From an uncultured Clostridia bacterium (GTDB lineage: Bacteria; Bacillota; Clostridia; Oscillospirales; QAMX01): a stretch of DNA of 64,000 bases. Within the stretch, counting starts at the first letter, position 1. Each line of letters starts with the position of its first letter. Positions 39,286 to 47,196 of the stretch are shown one piece after another. A program made the translations under genes and the position numbers. The stretch is from contig CALWJF010000039.1 in NCBI GenBank assembly GCA_944380935.1, forward strand, positions 12,492-76,491. The letters run 5' to 3'. Below the pieces are notes generated by a model. That model did not search any database, was not told where the DNA came from, and saw only the letters and a list, made by a program, of their open reading frames with translations.

Positions 39286-39945
39286 TTACTGCGGCAACAA
39301 CAGCTCCGTTGTAAACGCGCCATCCTCGCTGCCGCGACGCAGATAGCCGCCCAACCGTTCGACAATCGCGTCTATGCGCACAAGGCCGAAACCATGCCCT
39401 TCGCCCTTGGTTGAACGAAAGCGGCCCCCTATCTTTTTCTGTTTTTTCGTGGCTGTTAAGTTTGTTAGGGATATATACAACTGCGGGCCCTTCATATCCA
39501 TGTAAATACGGATCATTCGCTTTTCTTCCGGCAGCGCAAGGCTTGCTTCTATCGCATTATCAAAAAGATTGCCAAGTATCACGCACAGATCAAGTTCCGA
39601 AATATTCAGCGCATATGGAATATGTGCATCCGCGACGACCGGGATATGCTTGGATTTGGCCAGGGAAATCTTGCTGTTCAAGATCGCATCCGCCATACGG
39701 TTTCCGGTTTTTATTACCGTATCAACCGTTGTTAAATCGGCATCCAATTCATCAAGATAACGGCAGACCGCCTCAAAATCCCCCTGTGCCGCATAACTTT
39801 TCATCGTCTGAATATGGTTACGATAATCGTGGCGCCAACCGCGCATTTGCCGGTACATATTTTCCACTTCATCGTAATGTGTCTGAATCAGTTCCCGCTG
39901 ATAGGCGCCGATTCTCCGATCCATCCATTTTTCCAGCATCCCCAT
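39286..39945 (-). CDS. soluble HPK10 (AgrC/NatK-type) histidine kinase core: DHp + GHKL only, no TM sensor
   Basis: H-box WRHDYRNHIQT, N-box LGNLFDNAIEA, G-box GEGHGFGL. There is no hydrophobic segment in the 219 aa. Confidence 0.8.
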   Translation of the reverse strand: MGMLEKWMDRRIGAYQRELIQTHYDEVENMYRQMRGWRHDYRNHIQTMKSYAAQGDFEAVCRYLDELDADLTTVDTVIKTGNRMADAILNSKISLAKSKHIPVVADAHIPYALNISELDLCVILGNLFDNAIEASLALPEEKRMIRIYMDMKGPQLYISLTNLTATKKQKKIGGRFRSTKGEGHGFGLVRIDAIVERLGGYLRRGSEDGAFTTELLLPQ

Positions 39946-39948
39946 TGT

Positions 39949-40650
39949 CTACAGCACGCTTTCCATAATCGCACGGTTCAGCACATCGTACATTCCACGC
40001 GGAAGTGGAATCCATTCACCGCTCAACAGATCCACTTGTTTGCGTGTTACCCGTCGGATATACGCAAGATTCACAATAAAAGATCTTCCAATCCGGAAAA
40101 AGCGTTCATCCAGTACATTTTCAAATCCGGACAGCGTCGATTTCAATGTGTATTCCTTTGCCGCATGGATGGTGACATAATTTCCTTGTACTTCAAAATA
40201 ATGAATTTCCCGCAGTGGAAGCCGAAAAGATTCCCCGCCAATTTTCAAAAACAATACGCGTTCTTCTTTTTTCAAGCAGGCTGCCGCACGAGTCAACACT
40301 TCAAAAAGCTTGACATCTGACACCGGCTTTAGCAGATAATGCAGCGCTGCCACCTCATATCCCTCGGCGATGTAATCTGAATACCCTGTAATAAAAACGA
40401 TCTGTACAGCATCATTTTCAACTCTTATCGTCTTGGCAAGACTAATACCATCCGCCCCAGTCATCTCTATATCAAGCAGGAGGATGTCATAACTTTTATC
40501 TTCAGCGTAACGAAACAGAAACGCCTCGGCAGAAGGGAACACATCCACACGGGCTTGATACCCATACCGGACAGCCCAGCTTTCAACCAGGGCTTTCACA
40601 GTAAGCGCATCTGCATGATGATCGTCGCACACTGCAAAATGATATCGCAA
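39949..40650 (-). CDS. LytR/AlgR-family response regulator (receiver + LytTR)
   Basis: Receiver (FAVCDDHH.., LLLDIEMTGADG) and a LytTR domain (IHYFEVQGNYVTIH......L..FE.......FFRIGRSFIVNL). The likely start is the TTG at 40650 with a GGGAGG RBS. The track ORF reaches 40722. Confidence 0.85.
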   Translation of the reverse strand: MRYHFAVCDDHHADALTVKALVESWAVRYGYQARVDVFPSAEAFLFRYAEDKSYDILLLDIEMTGADGISLAKTIRVENDAVQIVFITGYSDYIAEGYEVAALHYLLKPVSDVKLFEVLTRAAACLKKEERVLFLKIGGESFRLPLREIHYFEVQGNYVTIHAAKEYTLKSTLSGFENVLDERFFRIGRSFIVNLAYIRRVTRKQVDLLSGEWIPLPRGMYDVLNRAIMESVL

Positions 40651-40750
40651 GCATCTTTCCTCCCTTCCGGCTCTATACATGCTGATTTTAGGATACAGAC
40701 TTCTTTCAAAAAAGTCAAGCATGCAAAAGCTGCCTGGATTGCAAGATTTA

Positions 40751-40783
40751 TAAAAAAACCCACCGAGGATTCCCCCGGTGGGT
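40751..40783 (-). terminator. terminator of coaX
   Basis: On the minus strand: ACCCACCGGGG..CCTCGGTGGGT followed by TTTTTTT. Confidence 0.8.
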
Positions 40784-40790
40784 CTAATTG

Positions 40791-41564
40791 TTATTTATGA
40801 TTATGATTTTTCCGGTAAATTGCCCAGAGTCCTTTCAGCAACAGATTTCCGTCATAGATAATTTCATGTTTGCAATGCGGAATAATCCGAGACGCAAGTC
40901 CTCCGGTTGCAAGTACAGTCGCTTGTGACCCAAGCTCCGCCTCTATACGCTCGATCATCCCGTCAAGCATGGAAACCGTCCCAAGCACAACGCCGCTTTT
41001 CATACAGTCAACGGTATTGGAACCAATACAGCGGCGCGGAACTTCAAACGGGATCTTCTGTAGCAGGGATGTCCTGGCAACCAACGCATCAAGCGATAAC
41101 CCCATTCCCGGGACAATTGCACCGCCTAAAAAAGCGCCGGAAGCATCGATCACAGAAAACGTCGTCGCTGTTCCCATATCGATCACAATCAACGGCGGCT
41201 TATACAACTCCAGTGCCGCTACCGCACCGACAACCAGATCCGGGCCAAGCTGCGCCGGATTATCAATCCGAATATTCAAGCCAGTCTTGATCCCAGAACC
41301 GACAATCAGTACCTCGCATCCTGTCAGCAATTTGACCGCATGTGCCAGCACTTCTGTTACCTGCGGCACAACACTGGACATGACCGCACCTTCAAACTGT
41401 GAACAACTCACATGCTCCAGCGCCAGAATCTGGGAAATCATTACCGCATATTCATTTTCCGTCCTGATTTCCTGGGTAGAAATACGCGCTACATGGGATA
41501 TCTCGCCATTTTCTACGCAACCAAGGACAATATTCGTATTCCCAACATCCAAAACCAGAATCAT
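40791..41564 (-). CDS. coaX: type III pantothenate kinase
   Basis: MILVLDVGNTNIVLG start, then the DMGTATT and GG..PG motifs. Confidence 0.9.
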   Translation of the reverse strand: MILVLDVGNTNIVLGCVENGEISHVARISTQEIRTENEYAVMISQILALEHVSCSQFEGAVMSSVVPQVTEVLAHAVKLLTGCEVLIVGSGIKTGLNIRIDNPAQLGPDLVVGAVAALELYKPPLIVIDMGTATTFSVIDASGAFLGGAIVPGMGLSLDALVARTSLLQKIPFEVPRRCIGSNTVDCMKSGVVLGTVSMLDGMIERIEAELGSQATVLATGGLASRIIPHCKHEIIYDGNLLLKGLWAIYRKNHNHK

Positions 41565-41577
41565 ACCGACGCCCCGT

Positions 41578-42171
41578 TCATTCTTTTTTCCCAATTTTGA
41601 TAATCCGGACAATCAACGGACTAAAGATCAGGTTGACGGCAAGTTCAAACAGGAAATTCCCACCTACCAATCCCACGATCATATAGGTACCTACCGCACT
41701 GCCAAAACCGAGATTTTCTGCCCAAACAGCCAATGTTTCCATAAAAAAGCACAAACAGCCAAGCAGGAAAATCCCTGTGTTAACAACCGGGCAAACAAAC
41801 GCTGCCGCAGCAACTGCAAGATAACGGTTCTTTTTCTCCAATACTTTATACACAAGCCCAGCACATAAACCGGCGACTGCTCCTTTAAGCAGTACCGTAA
41901 TCACCGTGCCAACAGGGTTAACCGGCAAAAATGCAGCTGCATCACCGGAGAGAAGAACAGCCACGCCGAATACAAAGCCCAGCCAGAGACCGGATTTTGC
42001 ACCGTAGACCGCGGCGCCAACCACAATGGGAATCAACGTAAGTGAAATCGAAAAGGGCCCAAAACGGATAAAACTGCCAAGTAGCTGCAAAACAACGACA
42101 ATTGCGGTAAACAAAGCGATTCCTACAAGCGTACGTGTTTTCTGCGCTGATGTTTTTGGATTACGTTCCAT
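41578..42171 (-). CDS. ECF transporter S component, probably pantothenate-specific (PanT-like)
   Basis: 197-aa 6-TM protein of ECF-S appearance. Substrate is inferred only from its position 13 nt upstream of coaX. No EcfA/T genes are nearby. Confidence 0.65.
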   Translation of the reverse strand: MERNPKTSAQKTRTLVGIALFTAIVVVLQLLGSFIRFGPFSISLTLIPIVVGAAVYGAKSGLWLGFVFGVAVLLSGDAAAFLPVNPVGTVITVLLKGAVAGLCAGLVYKVLEKKNRYLAVAAAAFVCPVVNTGIFLLGCLCFFMETLAVWAENLGFGSAVGTYMIVGLVGGNFLFELAVNLIFSPLIVRIIKIGKKE

Positions 42172-42295
42172 ATCAAATTCCTCCTGCTGCTGCTCTTGTC
42201 TTCAAGATGCAGCGCTTTTTATTTCCAAACGGATTTACCCGTTTTGGATACAGCAACCTCTGGGAAACCGGCAAGCAGCTTTCCCCGCCCGTATT

Positions 42296-42336
42296 ATAAA
42301 ACAATACGGGCAGAAGTTCAAGCTTCCGCCCGTATT
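42296..42336 (-). terminator. terminator of the PPIase gene / first element of the panT leader
   Basis: On the minus strand: AATACGGGCGGAAG-cttgaa-CTTCTGCCCGTATT followed by GTTTTAT. Confidence 0.7.
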
Positions 42337-42397
42337 TTGTAGGAATGTATAAAGTTTTAAAGAATCAAATTGGGTTTTCTGTAAATTTGCAAACAGT

Positions 42398-43051
42398 TTA
42401 CGGTTTTTCCGTTCCCAGCAGCTTCGCATAGGAAATTACCGGCTGGTCCTGCGTTTCCAGCATCCCATTGTATGCATTGGGGTCAGCGTCTTCGCACATT
42501 TTATCAACCACTTCAATTCCCTCGATCACGCGGCCGAAAGCAGCATAGGAACCGTCAAGATCTGTATAATCGGCATGCATAATGAAAAACTGCGAACTTG
42601 CGCTGTTGTAATCCTGCGCACGGGCCATAGAGATTACACCGCGGGTATGGGAAATTGGATTATCATACCCATTCAGCGCAAATTCCCCGGTAATCGTTTG
42701 CGCTTCATCAGCACGGTCTGTTGCAGAACCATCTCCACCCTGCGCCATGAATCCAGAGATAATACGATGGAACGTCAGGCCATCATAAAAGCCGGAATTT
42801 ACAAGCTTTAAAAAATTCGTAGCACTGATCGGTGCCGCATCGGCATCGATTTCCAGAATCATCGTACCATAATCTTCGACTTCCATCTCAACATAATGCA
42901 ATCCTGACAACAATTCTCCGTCTTCAAAATTATAGTCCGGATTCCCATTGTTTTCCCCGGAACCTTGATCCGCATCTGTTTTTGCACACCCGGAAAAAAC
43001 CAAAACAAAAGCCAAAACAACTGAAAAAATTGCGAATACTCGTTTCATCAT
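42398..43051 (-). CDS. cyclophilin-type peptidyl-prolyl isomerase, lipoprotein
   Basis: Lipobox VFSGC, then FHRIISGFMAQGGD and the cyclophilin core. Confidence 0.9.
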   Translation of the reverse strand: MMKRVFAIFSVVLAFVLVFSGCAKTDADQGSGENNGNPDYNFEDGELLSGLHYVEMEVEDYGTMILEIDADAAPISATNFLKLVNSGFYDGLTFHRIISGFMAQGGDGSATDRADEAQTITGEFALNGYDNPISHTRGVISMARAQDYNSASSQFFIMHADYTDLDGSYAAFGRVIEGIEVVDKMCEDADPNAYNGMLETQDQPVISYAKLLGTEKP

Positions 43052-43172
43052 TCACTTCTCCTTTATTTGTCCTGCTGATTATTGTAGCAGGAATTTTCGA
43101 TTTGTCAAAGAAGAAAATGTAAACAGTTGCCAAGTACCGGATTTATGTGATAGACTAACGTAAAGGAGTGTG

Positions 43173-44042
43173 ATGTTTATGCAGATGATTTCTAATCCGG
43201 CCTTTGTTTGTGCTTCCGGCGCACCGGTTTGCAGACTCGGGCAGGGTACATGGCATCTGGCGGAACGTGGTGATCGAAAAACCGAAATCGCTACACTCAG
43301 GCACGGTTTAGAACTCGGACTAAATCTTATCGATACTGCGGAAATGTACGCATCCGGCCGAAGTGAGATGCTGCTTGGCGAGGCAATACGCGCTTTCCCC
43401 CGGGAAAATATTTTTCTCGTTTCCAAGGTGTATCCACACAATGCCGGACGTAACGCAATTTTCTCAGCCTGCGATGCAACGCTTTCACGTCTGGGAACAT
43501 CCTATCTGGATCTGTACCTTTTGCACTGGCGCGGCCGCGTACCACTTGCGGAAACAGCTGCCTGCATGGAGGAACTGGTCAAAAGCGGAAAAATCCGGCA
43601 TTGGGGTGTTTCCAATCTCGACACGCAGGATATGCAGGAGCTGATTTCTGTTCCCAGTGGCGCAAACTGCATAACCGACCAGGTACTATATCATGTCGGT
43701 TGCCGCGGTCCGGAATTTGATCTCTTTCCCTGGCTGAAAAACCACAAAATGACCGCAATGGCGTACTGCCCCTTAGCACAATTCGGCGCACTGGACCGTG
43801 ACGTTGTCCGTAGCCATACCCTTTCCGCTGTTGCAGACCGTCACGGCGTAAGTCTTGCACAAGTGATGCTTGCCTTTATCCTACGGGACGAAAACCTGAT
43901 CCCCATCCCCAAAGCCTCTACCCCTGCGCATGTCGAGGACAACGCACAGGCGTTGAAACTTATACTTGACGATCAGGATCTAGCGCAAATTGAACGCGAA
44001 TTTCCTGCGCCCAGGCGCAAAGTCGCCCTGGAAATTAACTAA
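43173..44042 (+). CDS. aldo/keto reductase
   Basis: GQGTWHL, LIDTAEMYASG and HWP-like motifs. The start is ambiguous among GTG 43170 and ATG 43173/43179/43185. Confidence 0.85.
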   Translation: MFMQMISNPAFVCASGAPVCRLGQGTWHLAERGDRKTEIATLRHGLELGLNLIDTAEMYASGRSEMLLGEAIRAFPRENIFLVSKVYPHNAGRNAIFSACDATLSRLGTSYLDLYLLHWRGRVPLAETAACMEELVKSGKIRHWGVSNLDTQDMQELISVPSGANCITDQVLYHVGCRGPEFDLFPWLKNHKMTAMAYCPLAQFGALDRDVVRSHTLSAVADRHGVSLAQVMLAFILRDENLIPIPKASTPAHVEDNAQALKLILDDQDLAQIEREFPAPRRKVALEIN

Positions 44043-44049
44043 ACCTTTC

Positions 44050-44088
44050 AAAGCAGGGCAGATGTACCGGCATTTGTCCTGCTTTTTT
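44050..44088 (+). terminator. terminator of the aldo/keto reductase gene
   Basis: AAGCAGGGCA (44051-44060) pairs with TGTCCTGCTT (44075-44084), followed by TTTT. Confidence 0.65.
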
Positions 44089-45328
44089 ATACATATGTAA
44101 CCCAAAAATCCGCTGTATACTCCGGCAAATCCGGCCATTCGATTTTTTTGCATCGATTGAATCTCGCAAACCGTATAACGGCATGTTCCAGCGCCTGAAG
44201 TAGGGCTCTTGTCCGTTGAATTTCTTTTTCATACCAGATGTTTTTTATGATAAGCGTCCGGTTTTTTTGCTGTGCAATAGCTTCAATGCGTCCAACAAAA
44301 CGCTCTCCATAAATTATGGGAAGAACATACGCGCCGAATTTTCGTTTTTCGGCCGGTGTATAAATTTCCCAACTATATTCGAAACCAAACAGCGCCCGTA
44401 TCAGTTTTCGATCCCAAAGGAATGGATCCAACGGCGCAAGCAACGCGCAGCGCGGAAAAAAGCTTTTTTCTGTTTCCAGGATCTCTTCCAACAAAGCTTC
44501 GTCTTCCGCACGGCAATAAAGCGGCGTGCGGATCCCTTCCACCTGTATCGGGATAAGGGCGTCCTGTTCCACAAGGCAGTTAAACGCTGCATGGCGTTGT
44601 TGGGTCGTAAGGCCCAATAGATTCAACCAGGCATCTGAAGCATGGTCCCAAAGCAGTCCGACGGCGCCGATACGGCGAAGAATCCGCCATTTTAAATGTT
44701 CAAAATCATTTGGAAACGGGTCTTCCGCATGAAGCAATGGTTGCGGAATATGGCGCTGAGCAAGGTCATAAAATTTCCGCGTCCCGTTTTTATGATGGAT
44801 AACCAGATCTCCAACCGAATATAACTGCTCCAGTACACTGCGCGCAGCCTTGCTCTTTTCATGCCAGTTCCCGCTCCAATGAATAGCAGAATGCCAGTGC
44901 AGGTCCCCATCTATTGGCAATTCCTCCGAGCATACAGGACCATGGGTACAAATATACGCCTTTGCCTGTGCTTCCAGTTCCGGCAGTTCTGGAAACGTCG
45001 CCGCATTTTTCCGTGCAATCTCACGATACCGTGCAAAATACGGCCAATCTTCAACAGGAAAAATGGACAGCTGCTTATCCGGATAATCAATCAGTGCACG
45101 ATCTTTATACAAAAGCGTATCCAACATCGATTTGGTAAAACCTTTTACTCTGGACTGCAACGTCAGTTCCGCGTTTTTTCCGCAAATATCGACTGGATCA
45201 AACTGAATACAACCTGCCTGACGGATATATTCCAGTGCTCCCTGTTTACCAGCAAATCGGTACCGTCCGAGTAAGCCCTGTTTCAAAAGGATGAACTGCC
45301 TTGCCTGCCGAAGACAGATTGATTTCAT
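44087..45328 (-). CDS. winged-helix DNA glycosylase-like protein (YcaQ/AlkZ family, DUF1006)
   Basis: N-terminus ARQFILLKQGLLG...ALEYIRQAGCIQFDPVD is typical of the family. Confidence 0.7.
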   Translation of the reverse strand: MKSICLRQARQFILLKQGLLGRYRFAGKQGALEYIRQAGCIQFDPVDICGKNAELTLQSRVKGFTKSMLDTLLYKDRALIDYPDKQLSIFPVEDWPYFARYREIARKNAATFPELPELEAQAKAYICTHGPVCSEELPIDGDLHWHSAIHWSGNWHEKSKAARSVLEQLYSVGDLVIHHKNGTRKFYDLAQRHIPQPLLHAEDPFPNDFEHLKWRILRRIGAVGLLWDHASDAWLNLLGLTTQQRHAAFNCLVEQDALIPIQVEGIRTPLYCRAEDEALLEEILETEKSFFPRCALLAPLDPFLWDRKLIRALFGFEYSWEIYTPAEKRKFGAYVLPIIYGERFVGRIEAIAQQKNRTLIIKNIWYEKEIQRTRALLQALEHAVIRFARFNRCKKIEWPDLPEYTADFWVTYV

Positions 45329-45372
45329 ACCCCACCCCCAATTCTACTTATGGTTTTTTCTTTATCTGGTAT

Positions 45373-45404
45373 AAAAAATCCGGCTGTTTCAAGCCGGATT
45401 TTTC
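45373..45404 (-). terminator. terminator of upp
   Basis: AAATCCGGC / GCCGGATTT stem. TTTTTT follows on the minus strand. Confidence 0.75.
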
Positions 45405-45408
45405 TGTT

Positions 45409-46041
45409 TTATTTTGTACCGAATATACGGTCCCCGGCATCCCCTAAACCCGGAACAATATAACCGATTTCATTAAGCCTTTCATCCACACAGCCGCAAT
45501 AGATTTCCACGTCCGGATGCTCTGCAGCGAGACGCTCGATACCCTCCGGCGCTGCAATTATACACATCATTTTGATATGATTACAACCGCGCTGTTTTAT
45601 AAAATTTACAGCGGCCGACGCACTACCGCCGGTTGCAAGCATGGGATCCAGAAGGATTACCAACCGGTTTTCAATATCATCGGGGAGCTTGCAATAATAT
45701 TCATGTGGCTCAAGCGTATCATGATCACGATAAAGCCCGATATGGCCTACGCGCGCAGAGGGAACAAGATTAAGCAAACCATTCGTCATTCCCAGACCAG
45801 CACGTAAAATCGGGACAATCGCGAGTTTTTTCCCTGAAAGAATTTTTGCCTTTGTTTTGCAAATCGGTGTTGTTATGTCAACCTCCTCCAAGGGAAGATC
45901 CCGCAACGCTTCAAAGCCCATTAATGTCGCAATTTCCTCAATCAACTCCCGAAATTCCTTGCAGGACGTATCGACACTGCGCAGCACACTGATCTTATGA
46001 GTAATAAGCGGATGATCGAATATCGTAACATTGGTATGCAT
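45409..46041 (-). CDS. upp: uracil phosphoribosyltransferase
   Basis: 210 aa. HPLI.HK...[11 protein letters not shown] and DPMLATGGS motifs. Confidence 0.95.
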   Translation of the reverse strand: MHTNVTIFDHPLITHKISVLRSVDTSCKEFRELIEEIATLMGFEALRDLPLEEVDITTPICKTKAKILSGKKLAIVPILRAGLGMTNGLLNLVPSARVGHIGLYRDHDTLEPHEYYCKLPDDIENRLVILLDPMLATGGSASAAVNFIKQRGCNHIKMMCIIAAPEGIERLAAEHPDVEIYCGCVDERLNEIGYIVPGLGDAGDRIFGTK

Positions 46042-46087
46042 GGTTTTCTATATCCTCCGTAAACGTATAATTAATCCATATCGATTT

Positions 46088-46116
46088 ATTATACTCCATC
46101 CGCCTTTTGATTGCAA
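46088..46116 (-). promoter_or_regulatory. sigma-A-type promoter for upp
   Basis: On the minus strand: TTGCAA (46111-46116), 17-nt spacer, TATAAT (46088-46093). Confidence 0.5.
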
Positions 46117-46127
46117 ACATTTTTCGA

Positions 46128-46898
46128 CTAAATCTGCTTTTTAATCCGGGCAAGCGCCGCCTTCTCCAGCCGGCTGATTTGTGCTTGGCTAATCCCTACC
46201 TCCTCCGCCACTTCTGTTTGCGTGCGTCCTTCAAAAAAACGCAAGGATAAAATATGCTGTTCCCGTTCGGGTAATCGGCTGATCGCATTTCGAAGTGCTA
46301 TACGTTCCAACCAACTTTCATCTGTATTTTTTGTATCCTTTACTTGATCCATTACACACATCTCATCCCCTGCGTCCGAATACAGTGGTTCATACAACGA
46401 TACCGGCTCAACAATAGCATCCAGCGCAAACACCAATTCCTCGCGTGGCGTACCCATAATCGTTGCAAGCTCGTCAAGCGTCGGCTCCCGTTGATGTGCA
46501 TTCACAAATTGTTCTTTGGCCTGCATTGCACGATATGCCGTATCCCGCATAGAGCGGCTGACACGGATGGAGCTGTTGTCCCGAAGATAGCGCCGGATCT
46601 CGCCAATAATCATCGGTACGGCATAGGTTGAAAAGCGTACGTTTTGCGTAAGGTCAAAATTGTCTATGGATTTAATCAAACCAATACAGCCAACCTGAAA
46701 AAGATCATCCACCAATTCTCCCCGGTTCGTAAAACGCTGAATAACGCTCAATACCAACCGCAGATTGCCTTGCACCAGCTTCTCCCGCGCTTCTCGATCA
46801 CCCTGCTTTGTCTTGTTCAGGAGCTCGACGATTTCATCATTAGGCAACACTTTTAGTTGAGAGGTGTTGACACCGCAGATTTCCACCTTGTTCAACAT
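46128..46898 (-). CDS. sigG: sporulation sigma factor SigG
   Basis: Near-collinear with my recollection of B. subtilis SigG: NKVEICGV.TS.L.VL, GNLRLVLSVIQRF.NRGE.VDDLFQVGCIGL.KSIDNFDL, FSTYAVPMIIGEIRRYLRDN. ATG at 46898. Confidence 0.9.
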   Translation of the reverse strand: MLNKVEICGVNTSQLKVLPNDEIVELLNKTKQGDREAREKLVQGNLRLVLSVIQRFTNRGELVDDLFQVGCIGLIKSIDNFDLTQNVRFSTYAVPMIIGEIRRYLRDNSSIRVSRSMRDTAYRAMQAKEQFVNAHQREPTLDELATIMGTPREELVFALDAIVEPVSLYEPLYSDAGDEMCVMDQVKDTKNTDESWLERIALRNAISRLPEREQHILSLRFFEGRTQTEVAEEVGISQAQISRLEKAALARIKKQI

Positions 46899-47196
46899 TC
46901 CGAAATCCCCCGTCAAAGGTATTTGTTACCTTGAAAGTATTGCCCGGAGGCGTTTCTTTCATACCTTTTTGCGCAAACCATTGACGAAGCACTCTTCGTA
47001 AACCATTTTTCAGTTTGTTGATTAATGCAAAATTATTCCTTTACATGATCATTTCCTGCTGAATTGTTGCTTACGATCCCAAAAACAATGCCGCTGTAAT
47101 TTTTAATTTAAATTGCATTAAAAAAGAAACTTTTTATGAACGCTCTGCGTCTAATAAGTACAAAGCTTAGGAAAATATTGTTTAAGGAGGAAGATT

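Noticed and set aside
40870-41868. 332-aa ORF on the plus strand spanning coaX and the panT-like gene in antisense.
   Set aside because: It lies entirely opposite two well-supported genes. Its composition is low-complexity, Ser/Pro/Thr-rich. There is no RBS. This is a typical shadow ORF caused by the codon bias of the real genes.
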